A DNA stretch of 64,000 nt from Nitrospirota bacterium (GTDB lineage: Bacteria; Nitrospirota; Nitrospiria; Nitrospirales; NS-4), in assembly GCA_005877815.1 (NCBI GenBank), contig VBOG01000013.1, forward strand, positions 2,261 through 66,260, in the 5' to 3' direction. Positions within the stretch are counted from its first letter, which is position 1; every line of letters begins with the position of its first letter. The notes below the pieces were generated by a model. It ran no database searches. It was not told the origin of the DNA and saw only the letters and a list, made by a program, of their open reading frames with translations. Positions 8,578 through 18,933 of this stretch are shown in pieces. The translations under genes and the position numbers were made by a program.

Positions 8578-9249
8578 ATGACTGACAACCGCGCACAAGA
8601 ATCATTTCGGTTTGTCTCGTGCATGGAACTCCGCGAGATTCTCGGAAAGCGGGCCATGGACGAAGCGCGCTTGATCGAGATCATCGAAGAAGTTCCACCA
8701 GACAGCATCTACTATCACACCCATAGTTATTACCTGCGTCATGCGTACATCCAGGGCGTGTTTCCCAACGACTTTGCCACGTGGGTGGCGCTACACGCGC
8801 AGGACAGGGTCCTCGGAGAGCGTCTCGGCGTACTCGACCCCTTCGACTTCGACGACATCGAGTCTGTGCGAAGCGAAATCCTCACGATTATGGGGGACCA
8901 CCTGAACCACATCAAGACCGTACCCGTCTGCACCACCGGCGAACCTTTCGAATTTGTCCGGTCTCACGTGATCGAGGCGGATTTGGATCTGAAGGTGTGG
9001 ACGCTTCGCGAATTCCGGGACGGATTGGCGCGCGTGGACATGGGAGCCGTCTTTAATCACGTCTGCGAAGCGCGGCTGAGGAAAGGCCGGGCACCGGGGG
9101 ATTTTGCTTCCTGGATCGGGGGCAGAGAAGGTCTTGGGCGCGAGACCCTGGCGGAGGACATCGTGAAAGTCGGCCGCCTTGGACTTAGCCTTGAAGGGAT
9201 GCGAGGGAAAATCCTGCAGTTATGTGATCAGGCACTCGCGGCTGCGTAA
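8578..9249 (+). CDS. conserved hypothetical protein, soluble, no recognisable catalytic motif
   Basis: 223-aa ORF with coding-like composition, sitting between the channel-like gene and treT. I cannot assign a family from the sequence. Confidence 0.5.
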   Translation: MTDNRAQESFRFVSCMELREILGKRAMDEARLIEIIEEVPPDSIYYHTHSYYLRHAYIQGVFPNDFATWVALHAQDRVLGERLGVLDPFDFDDIESVRSEILTIMGDHLNHIKTVPVCTTGEPFEFVRSHVIEADLDLKVWTLREFRDGLARVDMGAVFNHVCEARLRKGRAPGDFASWIGGREGLGRETLAEDIVKVGRLGLSLEGMRGKILQLCDQALAAA

Positions 9250-9269
9250 GCACCGAACCTGAGGTGGCT

Positions 9270-10469
9270 ATGAAGGCATTGCTCGAACAATACCGCGAGG
9301 TCACACCTCCCGGGACCGTTGATTTTCTGCGGCAATTGGGGCGCAGAGTCGAGGGCAAGCAGATGCTGCACGTCAATTCGACGCGATACGGCGGCGGCGT
9401 GGCCGAGATTCTTCACCGGCTGTTGCCGCTCATGGAGGAACTCGGCGTCAAGACGCGGTGGGAAGTCCTGACAGGGACAGATCTGTTCTACCGCACGACA
9501 AAAAGTTTTCACAACGCGCTGCAAGGCATGCCGCAGCAAATCACGCGCGATATGTACGACTCGTACCTTCAGGTCAATCGCGATAACGCAAAGTCTCTCA
9601 ATCTGGAGGCGGACGTCGCGATGATCCATGATCCTCAACCCGCGCCCCTGATTGACGCTCGACCGAAAGATGCCAAATGGATATGGCGCTGCCATATCGA
9701 TGTGGCCACTCCGCAGCGCGCGGTCTGGCAGTTCCTTCGCCCGTTCGTGGTGAGATACGACGCCGCGATCTGCTCGTTGCCGAAGTTCGCGCAACGGCTT
9801 CCGATCCCCCAGTTTCTGGTCTACCCTTCCATTGATCCGTTGAGCGACAAAAACCGCGAGCTCGCGCCGGAGGAGATCTCACGGACGGTTGAGGGGCTCG
9901 GCGTGCCGCTGGACAAACCGATCCTGCTCCAGGTCTCACGCTTCGATTGGTTCAAAGACCCCGTGGGCGTCGTGGAAGCCTACCGTATGGTCAAGAAGAG
10001 CCATGACTGCCGGTTGGTCCTCGCGGGCGGGACGGCCACCGACGACCCGGAGGGCGCCGAGGTGCTGCTCGCCGTCCAGAAGGCCGCAGGGATAGATCCC
10101 GATGTTCATCTGTTGGTGCTGCCCCCAACCGCCAATTTGGAGATCAATGCGCTCCAGCGGGCTGCGACGATTGTGTTTCAAAAGTCCACGCGGGAGGGCT
10201 TCGGTCTGACCGTCGCCGAAGCGCTCTGGAAGGGCAAACCGGTCATCGGAGGCCAGACCGGCGGTATCATGGTGCAAATCATTCCGGGCATGACGGGCTA
10301 CACGGTCAATTCTGCCGAAGGCGCCGCGTTTTACGCCAAGCGTCTTTTAAACAATCCGAATTTGATCGCGACGATCGGCAGGCAGGCTAAGGAATACGCC
10401 CGGGAACGTTTTCTCATTACCCGCCATTTGCAGGACTACCTGGGGCTGATGGTTCATCTCTGCCGTTGA
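9270..10469 (+). CDS. treT: trehalose glycosyltransferring synthase (TreT-type GT4 glycosyltransferase)
   Basis: Motifs HVNSTRYGGGVAEIL, FHNALQG, WIWRCHID, YPSIDPLSDKN, QVSRFDWFKDP, DDPEG and REGFGLTVAEALWKGKPVIG match the archaeal/bacterial TreT sequences as I remember them. GAGG lies 5 nt before ATG 9270. Confidence 0.7.
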   Translation: MKALLEQYREVTPPGTVDFLRQLGRRVEGKQMLHVNSTRYGGGVAEILHRLLPLMEELGVKTRWEVLTGTDLFYRTTKSFHNALQGMPQQITRDMYDSYLQVNRDNAKSLNLEADVAMIHDPQPAPLIDARPKDAKWIWRCHIDVATPQRAVWQFLRPFVVRYDAAICSLPKFAQRLPIPQFLVYPSIDPLSDKNRELAPEEISRTVEGLGVPLDKPILLQVSRFDWFKDPVGVVEAYRMVKKSHDCRLVLAGGTATDDPEGAEVLLAVQKAAGIDPDVHLLVLPPTANLEINALQRAATIVFQKSTREGFGLTVAEALWKGKPVIGGQTGGIMVQIIPGMTGYTVNSAEGAAFYAKRLLNNPNLIATIGRQAKEYARERFLITRHLQDYLGLMVHLCR

Positions 10470-10501
10470 CTCCCGCCGCATCGGCTCCGTACCATTCCTG
10501 G

Positions 10502-11140
10502 ATGTCAAAATTCCGATCCGCCATCAAAGACGAATTGAACGCGAGCAGTTCATCTTTTGCCGGTCGGATCCTCCCCGTTTCTTTTTTTGATCGCCCCACT
10601 CTCACCGTTGCTGTGGAGCTTCTTGGGAAGTACCTGGTGCGGAAAACGCCTGACGGCCTCCGTGCCGGTCGCATCTTCGAGGTGGAGGCCTATGTCGGAC
10701 AGAACGACCTCGCCTGTCATGCCTCGAAAGGACGCACCAAACGGACCGAGGTGCTTTTTGGGCCTCCCGGACGCGCGTACGTCTATTTGATTTATGGGAT
10801 GTATCATTGCCTCAATGTCGTCACGGAGCAGGCAAGTTTCCCCGCAGCCGTACTCATCCGGGCGATCGAGTGCGGCCCAACGCTCATCGATGGTCCCGGC
10901 CGGCTTTGCCGAGCCTTGACCATAGATAAGACGCTGAATCGTCATGACCTGACGACCGGGCAAGAGCTGTGGTTGGAAGACCGTGGTGAAAGGATTGTCC
11001 GGTCTGCCGTTGAAAAATTGCCGCGCATAGGCGTGGATTACGCCGGCGACTGGGCGGCCAAACCGTGGCGCTTCCGCATTACTTCAGACCAGCCCCGCAC
11101 GCGAGCGGTTCGTGGACCTCGATGCCCGGCGCATCGCTGA
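10502..11140 (+). CDS. mpg: DNA-3-methyladenine glycosylase (Mpg/AAG family)
   Basis: FFDRPTLTVAVELLGKYLV...GRIFEVEAYVGQNDLACHASKGRTKRTEVLFGPPGRAYVYLIYGMYHCLNVV is the AAG-family core. The ORF is also open from TTG 10466, which overlaps the treT stop. Confidence 0.85.
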   Translation: MSKFRSAIKDELNASSSSFAGRILPVSFFDRPTLTVAVELLGKYLVRKTPDGLRAGRIFEVEAYVGQNDLACHASKGRTKRTEVLFGPPGRAYVYLIYGMYHCLNVVTEQASFPAAVLIRAIECGPTLIDGPGRLCRALTIDKTLNRHDLTTGQELWLEDRGERIVRSAVEKLPRIGVDYAGDWAAKPWRFRITSDQPRTRAVRGPRCPAHR

Positions 11141-11171
11141 GCCTTCGCGCAATTGTCAATCTGTCGGAAGC

Positions 11172-11200
11172 TTGACACGGAAGGGCTCGTCTGTTAGCGT
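11172..11200 (+). promoter_or_regulatory. candidate sigma70-type promoter
   Basis: TTGACA (11172-11177), a 17-nt spacer, then TAGCGT (11195-11200), about 45 nt upstream of ATG 11246. Sequence match only. Confidence 0.3.
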
Positions 11201-11245
11201 TCCTGCGTTTTCTTTCCACAATCCAATCGCAGCAGAGAGGAATTC

Positions 11246-11761
11246 ATGTCGGTCGAATTCACTCGCGATCCCAGCCCTTCAGACGAGGTTTCAGTGGACG
11301 AGGACGACATCAAAGCGCTGACGGCAAGCATCAGCCGGTTGACGACGAATCTCGTTCAAAGAATGGCTCAGGACACGGTTCCGGCTCTTGTGAAAGGACA
11401 GGTGGAACAAACCCTAGAGAACATCGTGCCGGAAGCGTTGAACGCCGCGATCGCCTCCCAAATGGGAACATTGGTCGAGCAGGGATTAAAAACGATCGTC
11501 CCAGGTCTGGTGGAAGCGGCTATCGCCGAGGAGCGAGTCTTGATCAAGGAAACCGCGCAGGAGGTCGCCCGCCAGATTCTGCCGAACCTCATCGGGCCTA
11601 TCCTGGACCGCTTAGCGAAGGAAACGATGCAGGCGGAAATCCGACTGTTGATGGACGACGTGGCGAAGGAGATTATTGAAAAGGTCGTCCGCGAGGTCGT
11701 CCCCGCACAGGCCGAAACTGAAGTCAAAAAAGAAATCGAACGGCTGACCGCAGACGCGTAA
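11246..11761 (+). CDS. hypothetical protein with reiterated amphipathic (I/V)VP.L(V/I) helical repeats
   Basis: 171 aa. Repeated TVPALVKG / IVPEALNAAI / IVPGLVEAAI / ILPNLIGPIL / VVPAQAETEV units, ending in EVKKEIERLTADA. GAGAGG Shine-Dalgarno upstream. Confidence 0.55.
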   Translation: MSVEFTRDPSPSDEVSVDEDDIKALTASISRLTTNLVQRMAQDTVPALVKGQVEQTLENIVPEALNAAIASQMGTLVEQGLKTIVPGLVEAAIAEERVLIKETAQEVARQILPNLIGPILDRLAKETMQAEIRLLMDDVAKEIIEKVVREVVPAQAETEVKKEIERLTADA

Positions 11762-11814
11762 CCCTCTTCCCGTTCTTTTCGTCTCTTCCGCCCCCGTGCT
11801 AGGATAATCCTTCA

Positions 11815-14562
11815 ATGGACAAATCTTACGATCCTACTCACGTCGAATCGCGCTGGTATCGATACTGGCTGGATCAAGGCTACTTTACGGCCTCTGTCTC
11901 CGACAAAGGCGAACCGTATTCGATGGTAATTCCTCCGCCGAACATCACCGGCTCCCTGCACATGGGACATGCCCTCAACAACACATTGCAGGACATTTTA
12001 ATCCGCTGGCGGAGGATGCAGGGTTGCAATACGTTATGGGTTCCTGGAACGGATCATGCCGGCATCGCCACCCAAAACGTCGTAGAGAAGCAGTTGATCG
12101 CGGAGGGCACGTCTCGGGACAAGCTTGGACGCGATCTCTTCACCGCACGCGTCTGGGAATGGAAGGCGCAATCGGGCGGAACTATCATCGAACAACTGAA
12201 GCGTCTTGGCTCGTCCTGTGACTGGTCGCGTCTCCGATTCACGATGGATGAGGGCTTATCGAAAGCCGTGCGCGAAGTGTTTGTGCGACTGTATGAAGAC
12301 GGGCTGATCTACCGCGGAAAGCGTTTAATCAACTGGTGTCCCCGCTGCTTGACAGCACTCTCTGATATTGAGGTGGAGCACGAAGACACCACAGGCAAGC
12401 TCTACCACATTCAATATCCGCTCGCCGATGATCCGTCCACCCATCTGACTATCGCGACGACACGGCCGGAAACCATGCTGGGCGACACCGCTGTCGCCGT
12501 GCATCCCGAAGACCCGCGGTACAATCGCTTCATCGGAAAGAAGATCAAGCTGCCGTTGACCAATCGCCAGATTCCGGTTGTGGGGGACGCGATTCTGGTG
12601 GATCGCGCATTCGGCACCGTCGCGGTCAAAATTACGCCCGCGCATGATTTCAACGACTTCGAGGCGGGACTCCGCCACAACTTGGCGCGACTGGCCATCT
12701 TCGATCAACACGCGCGCATGGACGCATCCGGCCTTCGGGACGCGCAGGTGGAGGAGACACTCCGTGAGCGCCTCGCCTCGCAACCGACACAAAAAGCTCG
12801 CATGCTCGTGGTCGAGGCACTGGACAGCCGCGGCTTGGTGACCAAGACGGAAGATCACGCCATGGCGCTCGGCAAGTGCTATCGGTGCAAAACCGTGGTA
12901 GAGCCCTATCTGTCCCCTCAATGGTTCGTCAAGATCCAACCGCTCGCCGACCCCGCCATCAAGGCCGTCGAAAGTGGGGAAATCCGGTTAATTCCTGAGC
13001 AATGGACGAACAATTATCTGGGGTGGATGCGCGACATCAAGGATTGGTGCATCTCACGCCAAATCTGGTGGGGGCACAGAATCCCCGCCTGGTATTGCAA
13101 ACACTGCCACGAAGGCGCAATCACCCAGACCGGCAAGACGTTGGCAATCACATCGGATGCCAAGCCTATTGTCGCTCGGACTGCGCCGACGCACTGTCAG
13201 GACTGCGGTCAGCACGATTTCATCCAAGACCCGGATGTCCTGGACACCTGGTTTTCTTCAGCCTTGTGGCCGTTTTCAACCCTGGGTTGGCCGGACCAGA
13301 CACCGGAGCTGTCCAAGTACTATCCGACATCTACGCTCGTCACCGGCTTTGATATTCTGTTTTTCTGGGTTGCGCGCATGATCATGATGGGACTGAAAGT
13401 CATGGGGCAGCGGCCCTTCAAGAACGTATACATTCATGCCTTGGTGCGGGACGCCGAGGGTCAGAAGATGAGCAAGTCGAAAGGGAACGTGATCGATCCT
13501 CTGAACGTGATGGACAAGTATGGAACGGATGCGCTGCGGTTCACGCTCGCGGCGATGGCCTCTCCCGGACGCGATATCAAGTTGTCCGAGGACCGGATCG
13601 AGGGCTACCGGAACTTCGCCAATAAGCTGTGGAACGCCGCTCGCTTCATCCTGATGAATCTTGAAAGGCCGCGCGAGGCAGGGCCCGTATCAGCGCGTTC
13701 CAGTGCGGACCGCTGGATTTTGAATCGTCTGCATCGCACGATCGGGGGCGTCAACGCCTCGTTGGAGGCCTATCGGTTCGATGAGGCGGCGAACTCGCTT
13801 TACCACTTTATCTGGCACGAATACTGTGATTGGTACCTGGAGCTTGCGAAGCCTGCCTTGGCCGACAAGGAATCACGGGAGGCGTCTCTGACCCGCCCCA
13901 CGTTAGTCGAAACATTCGAGACCGTCCTTCGACTCTTGCATCCATTCATGCCGTTCATTACGGAGGAGATCTGGCAGAGCATCCCGCACCGCGGCGAGAG
14001 CATCATGGTCAGCGAATACCCGACTCAGAACCCTGCACTGCTCAATGATGCCATTGAAACAGAAATGGCCAGCGTGACATCTGTCGTATCGGAAACAAGA
14101 AATATTCGAGGCTCTCAAGGAATTGCGCCGTCTCGTTTATTAAAAGTGGCGGTCGCGACACCCACAGCAGCATTTCAAACAACACTGAAGACACACGAGC
14201 AGTTGATTTCATCACTGGCGAGGATAAGTGAACTGTCGATTGGCATGGATGTGAAGCCGTACCGTAACGGCGCATCATCTTCCATCGTGTTTCCAGGAGG
14301 TGGGGTCGGAGCTGTCTACGTTGACTTGACGGGGCTCATAGACATTGAAAAAGAAACAAGCAGAATCGAAAAGCGCGTGAAGGAATTGACCGCGCAGATG
14401 GACCAAGACCAAAAAAAGCTCTCGAATGCAGACTTTCTTGCCAAAGTGCCTGCGGAAATTCTTCAGAAAACAAGGGCACGCCATCAGGAATGTCTGCTGG
14501 AGCGCGAAAAGCTGTCCGGCGAATTACAACGCCTGCGCGAGACGGCTGAAGGAGGGTCATGA
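11815..14562 (+). CDS. valS: valine--tRNA ligase
   Basis: 915 aa. PPPNITGSLHMGHAL (HIGH), KMSKSKGN (KMSKS) and a C-terminal coiled coil. Confidence 0.97.
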   Translation: MDKSYDPTHVESRWYRYWLDQGYFTASVSDKGEPYSMVIPPPNITGSLHMGHALNNTLQDILIRWRRMQGCNTLWVPGTDHAGIATQNVVEKQLIAEGTSRDKLGRDLFTARVWEWKAQSGGTIIEQLKRLGSSCDWSRLRFTMDEGLSKAVREVFVRLYEDGLIYRGKRLINWCPRCLTALSDIEVEHEDTTGKLYHIQYPLADDPSTHLTIATTRPETMLGDTAVAVHPEDPRYNRFIGKKIKLPLTNRQIPVVGDAILVDRAFGTVAVKITPAHDFNDFEAGLRHNLARLAIFDQHARMDASGLRDAQVEETLRERLASQPTQKARMLVVEALDSRGLVTKTEDHAMALGKCYRCKTVVEPYLSPQWFVKIQPLADPAIKAVESGEIRLIPEQWTNNYLGWMRDIKDWCISRQIWWGHRIPAWYCKHCHEGAITQTGKTLAITSDAKPIVARTAPTHCQDCGQHDFIQDPDVLDTWFSSALWPFSTLGWPDQTPELSKYYPTSTLVTGFDILFFWVARMIMMGLKVMGQRPFKNVYIHALVRDAEGQKMSKSKGNVIDPLNVMDKYGTDALRFTLAAMASPGRDIKLSEDRIEGYRNFANKLWNAARFILMNLERPREAGPVSARSSADRWILNRLHRTIGGVNASLEAYRFDEAANSLYHFIWHEYCDWYLELAKPALADKESREASLTRPTLVETFETVLRLLHPFMPFITEEIWQSIPHRGESIMVSEYPTQNPALLNDAIETEMASVTSVVSETRNIRGSQGIAPSRLLKVAVATPTAAFQTTLKTHEQLISSLARISELSIGMDVKPYRNGASSSIVFPGGGVGAVYVDLTGLIDIEKETSRIEKRVKELTAQMDQDQKKLSNADFLAKVPAEILQKTRARHQECLLEREKLSGELQRLRETAEGGS

Positions 14563-15416
14563 CCGCTTCACCGCCGGATTTTATCCTCCGGGAAATTGTC
14601 GCCCGCGCGGTCGATGAAGATCTCCGCAACGGGGATGTGACGACGGACGCGCTCTTCACAAAGCCCGCTGCGGCCACCGGAAGAATCGTCGCCAAAGAGA
14701 GGGAGGGGATTGTTCTCGCCGGCATCTCGGTCGCTGCGGAAGTTTTCAAGCAGGTGGACGCCGGCCTTTCGGTTGCCATGCGCGCCTCCGACGGAGATCG
14801 CCTCCTCCAGAGTGCCACGATCCTGACCGTGTCGGGTGACGGCCGATCCATTCTGAAAAGCGAACGGGTTGCGTTGAACTTCCTCCAGCGGCTTTCCGGG
14901 ATTGCGACGCTGACAGCGAAATTTTGTGAGGCCGTCAAGAAGTTCAATGTGAAGATTGTGGACACGCGAAAGACCACTCCGGGCCTGCGCGCACTCGAAA
15001 AATGGGCGGTCGCAATCGGCGGTGGTCACAATCACCGCCACAGCCTCGCAGACGGCGTGCTGATTAAAGACAATCATGTCCTTCTGGCCGGAAGGGATGT
15101 CGCGAAAGCGTGTCGAGACGCTCGGAAACGCGCGCCCCACACACTAAAAGTTGAAGTGGAGGCTGGCACGCTCGACGACGTCCGAGCAGCAATCGAAGGT
15201 GCGGCGGACCTCATCCTTCTCGACAACATGGATACGGCAACCATTCGCCATGCCGTCGAACTGATCAAGGGCCGGGCCGTCATCGAGGTTTCCGGTGGCG
15301 TGACGATCGCGAATGTTCGAGAGATCGCCGCGTGCGGGCCGGACCTCATCTCAATCGGCGCGTTGACGCATTCCGCGCCGGCAGTCGATCTAAGTCTCGA
15401 TCTTGTTCCTCAGTGA
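14559..15416 (+). CDS. nadC: nicotinate-nucleotide diphosphorylase (carboxylating)
   Basis: 285 aa. ERVALNFLQRLSGIAT, DTRKTTPGLR and GGG.NHR motifs. ATGA overlap with valS. Confidence 0.93.
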   Translation: MTASPPDFILREIVARAVDEDLRNGDVTTDALFTKPAAATGRIVAKEREGIVLAGISVAAEVFKQVDAGLSVAMRASDGDRLLQSATILTVSGDGRSILKSERVALNFLQRLSGIATLTAKFCEAVKKFNVKIVDTRKTTPGLRALEKWAVAIGGGHNHRHSLADGVLIKDNHVLLAGRDVAKACRDARKRAPHTLKVEVEAGTLDDVRAAIEGAADLILLDNMDTATIRHAVELIKGRAVIEVSGGVTIANVREIAACGPDLISIGALTHSAPAVDLSLDLVPQ

Positions 15417-16231
15417 TACCTGACGATCGTTCAGCGCTCACCGCCGCCGGCATCCGCTCCAGTCTCAAGACGCATGTGCTCGGTCGCGCTCTCCATGTCC
15501 ATCAAGAAGTTGAGTCAACCAACCAAGTCGCGATGGCATTGGCACAAGCAGGCGCCGCCGATGGCACGACCGTGGTGGCGGACGCTCAAACACAGGGCCG
15601 CGGGCGCCTGGGACGGTCGTGGCTCTCCCCCCCGCACTCAAATATCTATCTTTCCGTGTTGCTGGTCCGCACACTTCCGCGTGTCATCCTGAGCTGGATT
15701 TCTCTGGTGACGGGCGTGTCGGTCGCGCGGGCACTGCTCGCCCTTGGTGTGAACGCCCGGCTGAAGTGGCCCAACGACGTCCTGGTATACCGGGAAGGAC
15801 AAGAGCGAAAGATCGCGGGCATTCTTGTCGAGACAGTGGGAGATCATCCTTCGGATAAGCCGGTCGTCGTCGTGGGAATAGGACTGAACACGAATCTTGT
15901 TGAGAGCGACTTCCCTGAGCACCTCAGACGCACGGCGACATCGATCCGCGCTGAGATCGGGCGAATGGTGGATCGAGAGCAGCTCATCGCCTCCCTACTT
16001 CTGGATCTTGAGGAAATGTACACTGAACTGCATGCGGATCAGGCCGGCGTGGTCGCGGAGTTTATTCGTCTCTGCGACACAGTAGGAAAACGCGTGAGAA
16101 TTGATCTTGTCGGAGATCACCACGTCACGGGGTTCGCAACAGGTCTCGCAGAAGACGGGGCGTTGCGGCTGCAGCAGGCAGACGGGCACATTCTCGAAAT
16201 ACGTGCGGGCGATGTAGTACACTTGCGATGA
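15413..16231 (+). CDS. birA: biotin--[acetyl-CoA-carboxylase] ligase, class I (no N-terminal HTH)
   Basis: QTQGRGRLGRSWLSPP and KWPNDV motifs. GTG 15413 gives a GTGA overlap with the nadC stop; the ORF is nominally open from 15332. Confidence 0.85.
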   Translation: MIPDDRSALTAAGIRSSLKTHVLGRALHVHQEVESTNQVAMALAQAGAADGTTVVADAQTQGRGRLGRSWLSPPHSNIYLSVLLVRTLPRVILSWISLVTGVSVARALLALGVNARLKWPNDVLVYREGQERKIAGILVETVGDHPSDKPVVVVGIGLNTNLVESDFPEHLRRTATSIRAEIGRMVDREQLIASLLLDLEEMYTELHADQAGVVAEFIRLCDTVGKRVRIDLVGDHHVTGFATGLAEDGALRLQQADGHILEIRAGDVVHLR

Positions 16232-16301
16232 TCAAACACCGCCGGCGAAGATCTTCCGCACTGAGGGACGGCACCAATCGCTTCCCAGAGGATTGTAGGC
16301 G

Positions 16302-17081
16302 ATGAGCCTTTTGGCCATTGACATCGGAAATACGAACGTCGTTTGGGGTATCTTTCGTCAGAATCAACTCGTGGCCGAATGGCGCGTCGGGACCGATCCC
16401 TTAAAAACCACCGATGAATACGGCATACTGCTACTGGACCTTTTGGGCACCAAGGAGATGGCGCCTAAGGAGGTCGACGCCGTAATCATTTCCAGCGTCG
16501 TGCCGCCGCTGACACTCCTGTTCGAGGAACTTGCCGAGAAATACTTCTATCGCATGCCCCTCATCGTCTCTGGAGACATGCAAACGGGTATCATCTTGCG
16601 ATATCCTAACCCGTATGAAATCGGGACAGATCGCATCGTCAATGCCGCCGCCGCGTACCATCGTTACGGCGGGCCGATCATTATCGTGGACTTCGGGACG
16701 GCCACGACCTTTTGCGTGGTGACTGCAACAGGTGAATACCTCGGGGGCGCGATCGCGCCGGGGCTTCGCATATCGGCCGAGGCGCTGTTCGCGCGCGCCG
16801 CCAAGCTTCCCAAAGTCGAGCTGACCCGTCCGAAATCCATGATCGGCCAGGATACCGCCTCCAGCATCCAGGCCGGCATCGTGTTCGGGTACGCCGGTCT
16901 CGTGGATCATCTCGTCAGCGGCATCCAAAAGGAGTTGGGCGTGGACTGCTTTGTTCTGGCGACCGGCGGTCTGGCCGGGTTGATCGCACCTGAATCTCGA
17001 ATGATTCGAGAAGTACGGCCGAATCTGACCCTTGAGGGTCTCGCCCTGCTCTACCAGCTAAATAGGGTTCCCCCTACATAA
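16302..17081 (+). CDS. coaX: type III pantothenate kinase
   Basis: 259 aa. LLAIDIGNTN, GTDRIVNAAAA, VDFGTATTF and ATGGLA motifs. Confidence 0.93.
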   Translation: MSLLAIDIGNTNVVWGIFRQNQLVAEWRVGTDPLKTTDEYGILLLDLLGTKEMAPKEVDAVIISSVVPPLTLLFEELAEKYFYRMPLIVSGDMQTGIILRYPNPYEIGTDRIVNAAAAYHRYGGPIIIVDFGTATTFCVVTATGEYLGGAIAPGLRISAEALFARAAKLPKVELTRPKSMIGQDTASSIQAGIVFGYAGLVDHLVSGIQKELGVDCFVLATGGLAGLIAPESRMIREVRPNLTLEGLALLYQLNRVPPT

Positions 17082-17162
17082 AGAAATTTGCCACTAAACC
17101 ATCGGGTTGGCTTGATTCCCTGTGTCCTCGTGGCTACCTAAACTGGGTTGAGGGGGGACTCT

Positions 17163-17756
17163 ATGTCCGGCGAGAAACAATCTACTGAAAAATCAATGGA
17201 CTCTGGAACCAATGCAGACGATATCTGTGTCTCCGGGACGTCGAAAGAGGGTGAAGACGACCAAGACGGTCAGCAAGAACAAAATACGGAGGATGACATC
17301 CAAAGCCGCTACCTCCGGTTGGCCGCTGAATTCGAGAATTATAAGAAACGCGCCCAAAAAGACCAGGAAGAGTACACGAAATACGCGAACGAGCGTTTGC
17401 TGAAGGAACTGTTGCCCGTCCTCGACAACTTGCAACGCGCGCTTCAACACGCGCGGTCGGACAACCGCGACGGGTTGCTTCAAGGAGTGGAATTGACCTG
17501 TAAGCAGTATCTCGAAGCGCTATCGAGGTTCGGAGTGAAACCGATCCCGAGTGTCGGTCTGCCGTTCGACCCCGCCGTGCACCAAGCCGTCGCGAAGGTG
17601 CCGACAAAAAAACAGGCTCAGGTGCCAACAAAAAAACAGGCTCCGAACACTATCGTGGATGAATATGAGAAGGGTTACTATCTGCACGATCGAGTCCTCC
17701 GCCCGGCCATGGTGACTGTCGCGGAGGCGAATGGCGAGGAGACGACCAGGTCGTAG
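17163..17756 (+). CDS. grpE: nucleotide exchange factor GrpE
   Basis: RLAAEFENYKKR, FDPAVHQAV and RPAMVTVA motifs. GAGGGGGG precedes ATG 17163 (the ORF is open from TTG 17148). Confidence 0.92.
   Translation: MSGEKQSTEKSMDSGTNADDICVSGTSKEGEDDQDGQQEQNTEDDIQSRYLRLAAEFENYKKRAQKDQEEYTKYANERLLKELLPVLDNLQRALQHARSDNRDGLLQGVELTCKQYLEALSRFGVKPIPSVGLPFDPAVHQAVAKVPTKKQAQVPTKKQAPNTIVDEYEKGYYLHDRVLRPAMVTVAEANGEETTRS
17598..17645 (+). repeat. 24-nt tandem duplication inside grpE (VPTKKQAQ / VPTKKQAP)
   Basis: gtgccgacaaaaaaacaggctcag (17598-17621) is followed directly by gtgccaacaaaaaaacaggctccg (17622-17645), with 2 mismatches in 24. Confidence 0.9.
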
Positions 17757-17799
17757 GAATCGCACGGACGAGTTAAATTTGTGATGGAAGGAGAGATGA

Positions 17800-18933
<1,134 letters not shown>

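Noticed and set aside
17082-17162. Looked for a CIRCE (TTAGCACTC-N9-GAGTGCTAA) HrcA operator or a clear sigma32 promoter upstream of grpE-dnaK-dnaJ.
   Set aside because: There is no CIRCE-like inverted repeat here or at 17757-17802 or 20744-20789. The CTTGAT...CTACCTAA match to the sigma32 consensus is too weak to report as a feature.
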